A stretch of DNA of 64,000 bases, from contig CAVRGY010000005.1 in NCBI GenBank assembly GCA_963720825.1, positions 1,200 to 65,199 of the forward strand. Direction: 5' to 3'. Source of the DNA: an uncultured Chloroflexia bacterium. GTDB taxonomy: Bacteria; Chloroflexota; Limnocylindria; Limnocylindrales; CSP1-4. Numbering within the stretch: the stretch's first letter is position 1; the number at the start of each line of letters is the position of its first letter. The position numbers were made by a program, and so were the translations under genes. Below the pieces are notes generated by a model. That model did not search any database, was not told where the DNA came from, and was given only the letters and a program-made list of their open reading frames with translations. Of this stretch, positions 21,437 through 31,708 are shown in pieces.

Positions 21437-22429
21437 ATGAGCCAGATTGCCTACGTCTTTCCCGGCCAGGGCAGCCAGGTCGTCGGGATGGGCCGCGCCC
21501 TCGCCGAAACCTCGCCCGCGGCCGCTGCCGTGTTCCGGGCAGCCGATGAGGCGCTCGGCGAGCCGATCAGCCGGATCGCGTGGGATGGGCCCGAGGACGA
21601 CCTGAACCGGACCGAGAACGCCCAGCCCGCCCTGCTCGCGGCATCGATCGCCTACCTGGCCGCGGTCCGCGAGCAGTGGGCGGAGCTCGAGATCGACGCG
21701 CCGGCCCCCGCCTTCGCGGCGGGCCACTCGATGGGCCAGTACTCGGCGCTGGTCGCAGCCGGTGCGCTCGATCTCGCCGACGCCGTCCGGCTGGTGCGGG
21801 AGCGCGGCCGGCAGATGCAGGCATCGGGCGCGGGGCGCGAGGGGCGGATGGCCGCGATCATCGGCCTCGACGACGCCCGCCTGTCCGAGCTCGTCGAGCA
21901 GGCGTCGGCGCACGGCGTGTTCGGCGTCGCGAACCGGAACTCGCCGGGCCAGGTCGTCGTGTCCGGGGAGCGACGTGCCGTGGAGGCAGCGCTGGCGATC
22001 GCGAAGGCTCTCGGCGCACGACGCGCCCTGGAGCTCCCGGTCTCGGTCGCCGCACATTCGCCCCTGATGGCGCAGGCCGCCGACGCCATGCGCCGCGTGC
22101 TCGCCGGGATCTCCTTCCGCGACCCCGATCCCCCGCTCGTCGCAAACGCCGATGCGCACCTGATCACGACCGCCGACGCCTGTCGCGCCGAGCTCGTCGA
22201 CCACCTCACCACGGGTGTCGACTGGGTCGGTGCGGTCGAGGCGATGCAGGCGCGCGGGATCAGGACCTACATCGAGATCGGGCCTGGGCGCGTCCTCACC
22301 GGCCTCATCAAGCGGATCGCCGTCGACGCCGAGGTCATCGCCCTCGACGACCCGGCATCCGCCGACCGGCTGACGATCCCCTTCGCCGACACGGCGGAGA
22401 TGGACGCCGCCACCGAGCCGACCGCCTGA
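21437..22429 (+). CDS. fabD: malonyl-CoA:ACP transacylase
   Basis: Reads MSQIAYVFPGQGSQVVGMG ... AAGHSMGQYSALVAAG ... VAAHSPLM. Confidence 0.92.
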   Translation: MSQIAYVFPGQGSQVVGMGRALAETSPAAAAVFRAADEALGEPISRIAWDGPEDDLNRTENAQPALLAASIAYLAAVREQWAELEIDAPAPAFAAGHSMGQYSALVAAGALDLADAVRLVRERGRQMQASGAGREGRMAAIIGLDDARLSELVEQASAHGVFGVANRNSPGQVVVSGERRAVEAALAIAKALGARRALELPVSVAAHSPLMAQAADAMRRVLAGISFRDPDPPLVANADAHLITTADACRAELVDHLTTGVDWVGAVEAMQARGIRTYIEIGPGRVLTGLIKRIAVDAEVIALDDPASADRLTIPFADTAEMDAATEPTA

Positions 22430-22462
22430 CCGCGGTCCCACCGATTCAACCGAGAGGAACCC

Positions 22463-23737
22463 GTGCGCCAACCCGATTTCACCCGCCGCGTCGTCGTCAC
22501 CGGCCTCGGCGTCGTCAGCTGCGTGGGCAATGACAAGAACACCGCCTGGTCCAACCTCGTCAACGGCGTCTCGGGCCTGGGCGAGATCACCAAGTTCGAC
22601 CTCACGCCCTATGCGCATCGCTGGGGCGGCGAGGTCACGGACTTCAACCCCGGCGACTGGATGGAGCCCAAGGCCGTCCGCCGCAGCGAGTCGTCGATGT
22701 GGTTCGGCGTGAGCGCCGCCAAGCAGGCGATCGCCGACGCTGGCCTCGAGATCACGGACGCCAACCGCGAGGACATCGGGGTCGTGTTCGGCTCCGGGGC
22801 CGGCGGCCAGAACCTGATGATCGACAACTGGAAGATCCTCGCCGACCGTGGCCCGGACCGCGTGGCCCCCACGTTCATCGCCAACGGGCTGGTCGACTCG
22901 ACCTCCGGCATGATCGCGATCGAGACCGGCGCCATCGGCCACAACATCTGCATCGTGACCGCCTGCTCCACCGGCACCAACTGCGTCGGTGAGGCCGCCG
23001 AGACCATTCGCCGCGGCGACGTCCACACCGTGATCGCCGGCTCGACCGAGATGCCGCTGCTCGAGGTCGCCCATGCCGGGTTCGGCAACATGCGGGGCCT
23101 GGGCTCGCCGCGCCCGGGCGAGCCGCTGACCGACGTCAGCCGGCCGTTCGACCGGTCGCGCGACGGGTTCGTGCTGGGCGAGGGCGCGGGCGCGCTGATC
23201 CTGGAGGATCTCGAGTACGCAACGGCCCGCGGCGCCCGGATCTACGCGGAGGTGGTGGGCTACGGGTCGGCCGCCGACGGCTGGGACATGATCCAGCCGA
23301 TCGATCGAGGCACGGGCTCGGCGCGGGCGATGAAGATCGCCCTGGAACGTCGTGGCGTGCCGGCCGACGAGGTCGACGTCATCAACCCGCACGGCACCTC
23401 GACCCCGGTTGGCGACAAGCGCGAGGCCGAGGCGATCTGGACCGTGTTCGGCGACCGCTCCGCCCGGGACCGGCGCTCGCTGGCGGTGACCGGAACCAAG
23501 TCCATGACCGGGCACATGATGGGCGCCGCCGGCGCCTTCGAGGCGTTTGCCACGGTCATGACCGTTGCCGAGCAGCTGGCGCCGCCCACGATCAACTACC
23601 GCGAGTTCGATCCCGAGGCGGACCTGTGGGTCACCACCGAGGCCACCGCGATGCCGATCCGGTACGCGCTGTCGAACAACATCGGGCTCGGCGGCCACAA
23701 CGGCGCGATCATCTTCAAGCGCTGGGACGGGCGCTGA
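22463..23737 (+). CDS. fabF: beta-ketoacyl-ACP synthase II (KAS-II)
   Basis: 424 aa with the Cys-His-His triad (VTACSTGTNCVG, INPHGTSTPVGD, TKSMTGHMMGAAG). Confidence 0.9.
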   Translation: MRQPDFTRRVVVTGLGVVSCVGNDKNTAWSNLVNGVSGLGEITKFDLTPYAHRWGGEVTDFNPGDWMEPKAVRRSESSMWFGVSAAKQAIADAGLEITDANREDIGVVFGSGAGGQNLMIDNWKILADRGPDRVAPTFIANGLVDSTSGMIAIETGAIGHNICIVTACSTGTNCVGEAAETIRRGDVHTVIAGSTEMPLLEVAHAGFGNMRGLGSPRPGEPLTDVSRPFDRSRDGFVLGEGAGALILEDLEYATARGARIYAEVVGYGSAADGWDMIQPIDRGTGSARAMKIALERRGVPADEVDVINPHGTSTPVGDKREAEAIWTVFGDRSARDRRSLAVTGTKSMTGHMMGAAGAFEAFATVMTVAEQLAPPTINYREFDPEADLWVTTEATAMPIRYALSNNIGLGGHNGAIIFKRWDGR

Positions 23738-23803
23738 TCCTCGCCCGGCTACAATCCGGGCGACGCAACCCCAGCGTCGCCCTCGTCTCCAGAAAGGTGC
23801 GCC

Positions 23804-25069
23804 GTGCCCTCCCCTGACCTCGCGCGCCGAGCCGTCGTCACGGGTCTCGGAGCGGTCATGCCCATCGGCAACGACTTCGAGACCTACTGGTCGAACCTCC
23901 AGAACGCGGTGACGGGCACCCGGCTCATCCGGTCGTTCGACGCCAGCGAGTTCGAGGTGCGCATCGCAGCCGAGGTGCTCGACTTCGACCCGGCCTCGGT
24001 CATGGAGCCCAAGATGGCGCGCCGGATGAGCCGCTTCATCCATCTCGCGATGGGCGCCGGCAAGCAGGCGGTGGCCGACAGCGGGATCGACTTCGCGGCG
24101 ATGACGCCCGAGCAGCGCGACCGGGTCGGGGTCGTCGTGAACACCGGCGGCGGCGGCATCGAGGCGATCATCGAGGGCACCCACGTCCACGACACCAAGG
24201 GTCCCCGGTTCGTGTCCGCGTTCGCGGTCCCGGCGCTGTCGGGCTCGATGGCCGGCTGCATGCTGTCGATGGAGTACCACCTGACCGGACCCGTGATGAC
24301 CCAGGTCGCCGCCTGCGCGACGTCCGTGATCGCGTTCAACGACGCCCTGCGGCTGATCGCCACCGGCGAGTGCGATGTCGTGCTGACGGGTGGGTCCGAG
24401 GCACCGATCGTGCCCATGGGTGTGGCCGCCCTGGCGAACATGACCGCGCTCTCGAAGCGCAACGACTCGCCCGAGACGGCATCGCGCCCGTTCGACCTCA
24501 CGCGTGACGGGTTCGTGCTGGGCGAAGGAGCGGGCGTGGTGGTGGTCGAGTCCGCCGAGCACGCGCTCAAGCGCGGCGCCACCCCGATCGCCGAGGTCAT
24601 CGGCGCGGCGTTGACCGCGGACGCGTTCCACATCTCGGCGCCGGACCCATCCGGCCGCGGACAGGCTCGGGCGATGACCAACGCGCTGCGCAACGCGGGC
24701 GTCGCTCCCGACGAGATCGACTGGATCGTCGCTCACGGGACGTCCACCTCGCTCAACGACTCGACCGAGACGACGGCAATCAAGGCCGCCTACGGGTCGG
24801 CCGCGGCGACGCGCGCGATCAGCTCCCCCAAGTCGATGGTGGGTCATCTCGTTGGCGCCGCCGGGATCGCCTCGGCGCTTGCCGCCCTGGGCGGGATCCG
24901 CGACGGCGTGATCTCACCGACCGCCAACCTCCACACCCCGGATCCGGCGTGCGACCTCGACTACGTGCCGCTCGTGGCACGCAAGGCGAAGGTGGACACG
25001 GTCGCGGTCAACGGCTTCGGCTTCGGCGGCCAGAACGCGGTCGCGATCTTCCGCCGGTTCGAGGTCTGA
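23804..25069 (+). CDS. second beta-ketoacyl-ACP synthase II paralogue
   Basis: 421 aa that also retains Cys-His-His (VAACATSVIAF, VAHGTSTSLND, PKSMVGHLVGAAG). Confidence 0.88.
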   Translation: MPSPDLARRAVVTGLGAVMPIGNDFETYWSNLQNAVTGTRLIRSFDASEFEVRIAAEVLDFDPASVMEPKMARRMSRFIHLAMGAGKQAVADSGIDFAAMTPEQRDRVGVVVNTGGGGIEAIIEGTHVHDTKGPRFVSAFAVPALSGSMAGCMLSMEYHLTGPVMTQVAACATSVIAFNDALRLIATGECDVVLTGGSEAPIVPMGVAALANMTALSKRNDSPETASRPFDLTRDGFVLGEGAGVVVVESAEHALKRGATPIAEVIGAALTADAFHISAPDPSGRGQARAMTNALRNAGVAPDEIDWIVAHGTSTSLNDSTETTAIKAAYGSAAATRAISSPKSMVGHLVGAAGIASALAALGGIRDGVISPTANLHTPDPACDLDYVPLVARKAKVDTVAVNGFGFGGQNAVAIFRRFEV

Positions 25070-25099
25070 CTCCGCACGAAGCCTTCGCGGCCGGGCTGG

Positions 25100-25528
25100 T
25101 CAGCTTCGGAGCGGGCGCCCCTCGTAGCCCTCGAGCTTCGCGATCGTGGCATCGGGAACGGCGCGCGGGCGGGCGGTGGCGTAGTCGTAGAGCACCTGCA
25201 CGGCCTCGGCGGTGGCGACCAGGCGGGCCGGGCCGCGCGCGGATGAACCCGCGGTGATCCGGTGTTCCAGCGTGAACGACGAGCGGCCGATGTGCCCCAC
25301 CCGCGTCTCGACGGTCAGCGTCTCGCCGAAGAAGGCCGGCGTCCGGTACGCGACATGGATGTCGGCCAGGATCAGCGACTCCTCGGCCCCGTGCGTGGGC
25401 AGGCCGACCGGCTCGCCGGTCGCCGACTCCCAGTACGCGATCCTGGCGGATTCGCAGTAGGTCAGGAACCGGGCGTTGTTCACATGGCCCATCGCGTCCG
25501 TGTCACCGAACCGGGTGTCGATGACCAT
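25100..25528 (-). CDS. hotdog-fold acyl-CoA/acyl-ACP thioesterase (4HBT/YbgC-like)
   Basis: Reads RFGDTDAMGHVNNARFLTYCESARIAYW, typical of the 4HBT family. Confidence 0.8.
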   Translation of the reverse strand: MVIDTRFGDTDAMGHVNNARFLTYCESARIAYWESATGEPVGLPTHGAEESLILADIHVAYRTPAFFGETLTVETRVGHIGRSSFTLEHRITAGSSARGPARLVATAEAVQVLYDYATARPRAVPDATIAKLEGYEGRPLRS

Positions 25529-25660
25529 CCGGTGGGGGAAGTCGCCCGGCAGGTCGCGACGGATCCGGCTGGACGTCGATGCGGATGCGGGTGGCAGGCC
25601 CCGGCGGGCCGGGGTCGAGCGGGGAATCGGTCACCGCCGGAGTCTACCGGCTGGGCGCCG

Positions 25661-28388
25661 TCAGCCCGGGTCGACGGTCAGGGTGCCGACCATCCCCGCC
25701 GCGGCGTGGCCGGGGATCGAGCACATGACCCGATAGGTCCCGGGCGTATCGAGCGCGAACCGGAGGCGCGACGTCTGGCCGGGCCGCGCCGGGACGTCGA
25801 GGTTCGCGACGCCCTCGATCATCCAGTCGTGGACGACGGTGTCCCGGTTCGTGAACTCGAGCACCACCCACTCGCCGGCGGTGACGTGCAGGTCGGCAGG
25901 CACGAAGCGCATGTCGCGCGCGGTGACGTCCAGGTGGGGCAGGCCGGCATCGATCGCGCGGTCGGCGGCCAGCACGCCGCCGGCGAGGCCCAGGCCGAGC
26001 AGCGCGACCCCACCCAGGAACACCGCATCGCGGGCAAGGCCGAGCGGGCCGCGCCGCAGCTGGGCCACGTGCCCGGGCCGGACGTCGATCCCCCGCAGCC
26101 GGAGCGAGTTGGTCACCACGCTGACCGACGACAGGGCCATGGCGCCGGCGGCCATCGCCGGGTTGAGCGCGATCCCGAAGGCCGGGTACAGCGCGCCCAT
26201 CGCGATCGGGATCAGCACGACGTTGTAGGCGAACGCCCAGAACAGGTTCTGCCGGATGACGCGCACGGTGGCCCGCGACAACGCGATCGCGGACGCGACC
26301 AGCCGCGGATCCCCGCCCACGAGCGTCACGTCCGATGCCTCGATCGCCACGTCCGCGCCGGTGCCGATCGCGACGCCGAGGTCGGCCCGGGCGAGCGCCG
26401 GCGCATCGTTGATGCCATCACCGACCATGGCCACCCGGTGCCCGTCGGCCTGGAGACGCCCGATCGTCGCGTCCTTGTCCTCGGGAAGCACCTCGGCGAT
26501 GACGTGGTCCGCGGCGATCCCGACCTGGCGCGCAACGGCCTCGGCCGTGACCCTCGCGTCGCCCGTCAGCAGCCACACGTCGATGCCTGCCTCGCGAAGA
26601 TCGCGGACAGCCGCCGCCGATTCGGGCTTGACCGGGTCCGAGACCGCGATCAGCGCAGCGGCCTTCCCGTCGATCCCGACGTACACCACCGTGCCGCCCT
26701 CGGCGGCCGCCGCCTCCGCGGGTGCGAGCAGGGCCGACAGGTCGACGCCCTCCTCCGCCATCAATCGCCGGCTGCCGACGATCACCGCGGATCCGTCGAC
26801 GGTTCCGCGGACGCCGCGTCCGACGACCGCCTCGAACCCCTCGACCTTGTGGAATCCGAGCTCGGTCTCGCGCGCCTTGCGCACGATCGCCTCGCCCAGC
26901 GGGATGCTCGCTGCCGGTCTCGAGGGAGCCGGCGAGATCCAGCACGCGGTCCGGCGTGAGGTCGGGCAACCCCGCCAGACCCGGCACGTGGACCACCGAC
27001 GAGACCGCCGGCCGCCCGAGCGTCAGCGTGCCGGTCTTGTCCATCACGACGGTGTCGATCCGCCCGGCGATCTCGAGCGCCTCGCCGCCGCGGACGAGGA
27101 TCCCGGCCTCGGCGCCCTTGCCGGTGCCGACCATGATCGCGGTGGGCGTGGCCAGCCCCATTGCGCACGGGCACGCGATCACCACGACGCCGATGAATGC
27201 GGTGAGTGAGAGCGTCAGCCGCGGCTCGGGTCCCAGCACGAACCACAGCACGAAGGTCAGCGCGGCAACCGCGATCACCGCGGGCACGAACACCTCGCTG
27301 ATCCGGTCGGCGAGCCGCTGGATCGGTGCCTTGGATCCCTGGGCACGCTGGACGAGCTCCACGATCCGGGCAAGCGCGGTGTCGCGGCCGACGCGGGTGG
27401 CGCGCATGACGAACGAGCCGGTCGTGTTGAGGGTGGCACCGATGACCTCGTCCCCGGTCGCCTTCGTCCTCGGGATCGGCTCCCCGGTGAGCATCGATTC
27501 GTCGACGGGTGACGCGCCTTCGACGACGACGCCGTCGACCGGCACCTTGTCGCCCGGGCGCACCCGCAGCAGGTCGCCCGGGACCACGACGGCGAGGTCG
27601 ACATCCTCCTCGACGCCGTTTCGCAACCGGCGCGCGGTCGTCGCCTGGAGCCCGACCAGACGCCGGATGGCGCCGGTCGTGCGGCCCTTGGCACGTTGCT
27701 CGAGCCACCTGCCGAGCAGGATCAGGCCGATGATGATGGTGGCGCTGTCGAAGTAGGACTCGGCGCGCAGGCCGGCCTGGTGGACGATCCCCGGCCACAT
27801 CGTGACGAACACGGAGTACCCCCAGGCCGCCGAGGTGCCGACGGCCACCAGCGTGTCCATCGTCGCGCCGCCGTGTCGTGCGGCCCGCCAGGCGGCCCGG
27901 TAGAACCGGCCACCGGCCCAGAACTGGATGAACGTCGCCGGCCACAGGATCAGCTTGTTGAGGTCCTCCATCGCCACCAGCGTCTGGGGCGCGAACATCA
28001 GGACCATGATCACGGCCGCGGACGCGATCGCGACCAGCGCCTGGAACAGCGTCTGGCGCTGGGCACGCTCGCGCTCGAGATCGTCGGCGCTGACCTCCGC
28101 CTCGAGCGATGTGCCCGCCGTCCCCGCGTCCGCCGAGGGCTCTGCCTTGACCTCGTAGCCGGCCGCTTCCACGGCCCGGACCAGCTCGTCGCGCCCGACG
28201 AGCGCCGGGTCCACGAACACGGACGCTCGCTCGGTGGCAAGGTTGACCGCGGCCTGCTCGACGCCGGGGGTCTTGTTGAGGAACCGCTCGATCCGGTTGA
28301 CGCACGACGCGCAGGTCATGCCCTCGATCGGGAGGACGATCTCGATCGGCTGGGACGCGGTGGGGAGGGACGCGGTGTTCGTGCTCAT
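25661..28388 (-). pseudogene. copA: copper-translocating P1B-type ATPase with an extra TM helix and a C-terminal cupredoxin domain; one frame break as assembled
   Basis: It carries N-terminal [29 protein letters not shown] and GDGINDAP. The frame breaks inside [15 protein letters not shown] at a CCC run (26901-26903). The C-terminal 130 aa consist of a TM helix plus a cupredoxin domain (VVHDW ... MCSIPGHAAAGM). Confidence 0.88.
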
Positions 28389-28391
28389 CTG

Positions 28392-28408
28392 ATACTCAGG
28401 GGGAGTAT
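28392..28408 (-). promoter_or_regulatory. CsoR/RcnR-type operator-like palindrome abutting the copA start
   Basis: ATACTCAGGGGGAGTAT has TACT..AGTA arms around a G/C tract. It lies 3 nt upstream of the copA ATG and overlaps a TATACT -10-like hexamer on the minus strand. Confidence 0.45.
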
Positions 28409-28477
28409 ATCGCGGAGCTGCTCCCCTCGGGCCGGCCCGTTCGGCCCGTCATGGCCGTCCGAATGGACCGGGCGGGG

Positions 28478-29416
28478 TCATCCGGGCACCTCCAGGGCGA
28501 TTCCGCGCATTGCCCAGACATAGCTCGCCGACGCGATCACCGCCGCCCCCGCGGCGATGGCCAGCGCCCCGATGTACGACTCCGGTGTCGTCGCGCGGTC
28601 ACGGATCAGGTCGCCCAGCGGCGCCGGGTCGACGAGCGCGATGCCCAGCCCCGCGGCGCCGGCGACGACCGCGACGAAGCCGAGGATGCCGGCGACCGTC
28701 GTCGCCCCGCCGCCGAACCCGCTGCCCCAGGAGCGCCGCGGCATCCAGCCCTGGGCACGGACGAGGATCGCGGTGACCACAGCTGCCCACGCGAGCGAGA
28801 TCAGCAGGCCGCCGACCACGTCGGCCAGGCGGTGCCAGCCGGTCGTGATCGTGCTCAGCCCGACCGCGGCGCTGAGCATGGTGGCGCCGATGGCGACGAG
28901 AACCCGCAGGCGGCGCGGCGCGACCAGGATCGTCGCGAACCCGAGCGACGCCGCGAGGGTCACGGTGCCGCTCGGAAAGCTGTTGCCGTACGCGTAGCTC
29001 GCCGTCCCGATCAGGTCCGGCCGCTCGAGGACGCCCTTGAGCAGCTGCGAGGTCAGGTTGGAGCCGGCCAGGACCGCGAGCATCGCGACGGCAAGCCCGA
29101 CGCCACCGCGCGCCAGGGCCAGGGTCAGCAACCCGAGCGCGGCGGTCGCCACGAAGGCGAGATCGACGGCAGCCAGCGTTTCGGTCGCCGCGCCCGTGAC
29201 GGCCGGGTCTGCCGCGAACCGCCCGTACAGGACGAGGTCCGCGAGCCGCTGACCCGTGAAGGTCTGGGTGGTCCCGACCCAGACCACCGCGCCGATCAGC
29301 GTGGAGCCGAGTCCCAGCAGCATCAGCCGACGGACGCTCTGCCCGGCCGTGGCGACCGGGGTGCGGCGGCCACGGAACGTCGGCCGCCGGAGTCGCATGA
29401 CGTAGGGGCGCCGCAT
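28478..29416 (-). CDS. PAP2-superfamily membrane phosphatase
   Basis: Multi-TM protein with LLKGVLERPD, SFPSGT and GWHRLADVVGG, which are PAP2 motifs C1-C3 in degenerate form. Confidence 0.7.
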   Translation of the reverse strand: MRRPYVMRLRRPTFRGRRTPVATAGQSVRRLMLLGLGSTLIGAVVWVGTTQTFTGQRLADLVLYGRFAADPAVTGAATETLAAVDLAFVATAALGLLTLALARGGVGLAVAMLAVLAGSNLTSQLLKGVLERPDLIGTASYAYGNSFPSGTVTLAASLGFATILVAPRRLRVLVAIGATMLSAAVGLSTITTGWHRLADVVGGLLISLAWAAVVTAILVRAQGWMPRRSWGSGFGGGATTVAGILGFVAVVAGAAGLGIALVDPAPLGDLIRDRATTPESYIGALAIAAGAAVIASASYVWAMRGIALEVPG

Positions 29417-29449
29417 CGGTCGATTGTGCCCCTCCCGGACATCCTCTGG

Positions 29450-30883
29450 TCAGCGGCCGCCGGCGGCCCGGTGGGCGTCACGGCCGCCGGCGGTGCGATC
29501 AGCGGCCACAGGCTCGTCCTCCTGCCACGCGAGCCATGTCTCGGGCTCGATCCTCGGCCGCGCGACCCAGGCCACGCCTCCGCGCAGCGCGATCTCCGGC
29601 GGGAGTGGGTGCGACAGGAAGAACGGCATCGACTCCGTGGCGCCGTATGCCCCGACGTCGAGCACCGCGACCAGGTCACCGGGATCGGGTAGCGGTGTGA
29701 TCGCAGCCTGCGCGAACACGTCGAGACCGGAGCACAGCGGCCCCGCGATCGTGACCGGAAAGCGCTGGCTCGTCGCGGTGGAGGCCGTCGTGGCCGTCGC
29801 GGGGCCCGTCAGGACCCGGACGCGATGCTCCTGGCCCACCAGCACCGGCCGCAGGACGTGGTGGATCCCGCCATCGAGGATCACCACGTGGTGGCCGCCG
29901 ACCAGCTTGCGGTCGACGACCCTGGCCACGTAGGCGCCCGCCGGCGCAACGAGGTACCGGCCAGGCTCGAGCAGGACGCGGGCGTCCCTCGTGACGGCGT
30001 CCACGGCCATGCTCGCCTCGAGCGCCGCCAGGCGAGGCGCGACGACGCCCAGGTCGAGACCGGCCTCGTGGGGCTCGTACGGAACGCCGAGCCCGCCCCC
30101 CACGTCGACGAGCCGGAGCGGGAACCCGGTCGCCACGGACAGCTCGCGGGCGGCGCGCACGGTGGCCTCGATGTGCGTGGCGACGGCCCCGCCATCGAGC
30201 ACGTTCGAAGCGCCGAACACGTGAAGCCCGAGCAGCTCGAGCCAGGGCGACGCCGACCGCCTCCGCGGCGCTCGCCCGGACGTCTGCCGGGTCCATCCCG
30301 AACTTGCCCGCGCCGTCATCGCCGACGAGGCGCACGCGCTCGAGTCGCGCCGACTGCGTGGCGGCAGCGCGGAGCAGGATCGGCTGGCGACGGCCGAGCC
30401 CCTCGGCGATCCGGGCCAGCCGGCGCAGCTCGCCCGGTGATTCGACGGTCACGGCCCGAACCCCGGCGTCGACCGCTGCCGCCAGCTCCTCGTCGCGCTT
30501 GCCCGGTCCCGTGAACACGATGCGGTCCGCCGCGAACCCCGCCCGAAGCGCATGCCGCAGCTCACCACCCGACGCCACGTCCGCACCCAGCCCCAGCCGC
30601 GGCCAGGTGGCGCATGACCGAAAGGTTCGGGTTGGCCTTGACCGCGTAGGCGAGATCGAACGATCGCCGGCAGCACGGATCGAAGGGCAGTCACCTGGCG
30701 CGCGACGACGTCGAGGTCGTAGACGTACAGCGGCGTCCCGAACCGGCCGGCGAGCGCCGTCGGATCCTGGCCGCCCAGCCGGCCACCGCGCAGGATCTCG
30801 TTGCGTGCCGGCGGCCGGCCGCGGCGCGTGACCGGCTCGGCGTGCCGGGCGGGCGGCGGCCCGGGCTGCCGGACGGCACTCAT
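29450..30883 (-). pseudogene. lysA: diaminopimelate decarboxylase, 3 frame changes
   Basis: [66 protein letters not shown]...GKFGMDP and SPWLELLGLHVFGAS...VDVGGGLGVPY...GPLCSGLD lie in successive different frames. The ATG overlaps the dapD stop as ATGA. Confidence 0.8.
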
Positions 30884-31708
30884 CGGAGCACGCCCTCGAG
30901 CGCGACCCGTGCATCGGTGCCCGGGTCGCGGTCCTTGACGAGCAGGGCGACCGAGACGGACAGCCCGTGCTCGACCGCGAACGGGCCGTCGACCCGCCGG
31001 GACCCGGGCACGACCACCGCGTTCGGCGGAATGGCCAGCGGCAGGTCGGACGTGCCGGTCAGCACGCGCTCCCGGACGAGGTCGTAGACACGGCTGGTCC
31101 CGGTCAGCACGACACCGGCCCCGATGACCGCGCCCTGCCCCGACCAGGACCCCGTCGAGGAGCAGGCTGCCCGCACCGACGAAGGCATCGTCCTCCACGA
31201 TCACGGGGCGCGCCCCCGGCGGCTCGAGCACGCCCCCGATCGACACGCCCGCGGCGAGATGGACCCGGGCGCCGACCTGGGCACACGAGCCGACGAGCAC
31301 GTGGGAGTCGACCATGGTGTCCTCCCCGATCCAGGCCCCGATGTTGATGAACGATGGCGGCATCACCACGACGCCCGGCCCCAGGTGGACGCCGGCACGG
31401 ATGCTGGTTCCGCCGGGCACGATGCGCCACGGCCGGCCCGCCTCGCGCGCCGCCATCGCGAGCGGACCATCGATGAGCGACTTGGACGGCAGCCCCACCC
31501 GATCGCGGAAGGCAAGCCCGCGCACCCGCGGTCGAGGTGACCGTGCGCCGGTCGCCGAAGCACGCGAGGATCGCGGCCTTGACCTCGGGATCGGTGCGCC
31601 AGCCGCCGGGTGCCGACGGGTCCGGCACGGCGGCGCGGCGATGCCCGGCATCGAGGTCGTCGAGGATCGAGGACCGCGGTCTCCGCGCGGAACGGACGGC
31701 GCGGTCAC
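30880..31708 (-). pseudogene. dapD: tetrahydrodipicolinate N-succinyltransferase, about 3 frame changes
   Basis: [37 protein letters not shown], then [13 protein letters not shown]...[49 protein letters not shown], then [20 protein letters not shown] are in three frames. The last shift is at a run at 31138-31141. The candidate GTG start at 31708 forms GTGA with a stop in the third frame. Confidence 0.75.

Noticed and set aside
22463-25069. The two tandem ketosynthases as a type II polyketide KS-alpha/KS-beta (chain-length factor) pair.
   Set aside because: Both keep the active-site Cys and both His residues. A chain-length factor would have Gln instead of Cys. No ACP, cyclase, aromatase or ketoreductase genes are nearby. 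fabD upstream points to fatty-acid synthesis.
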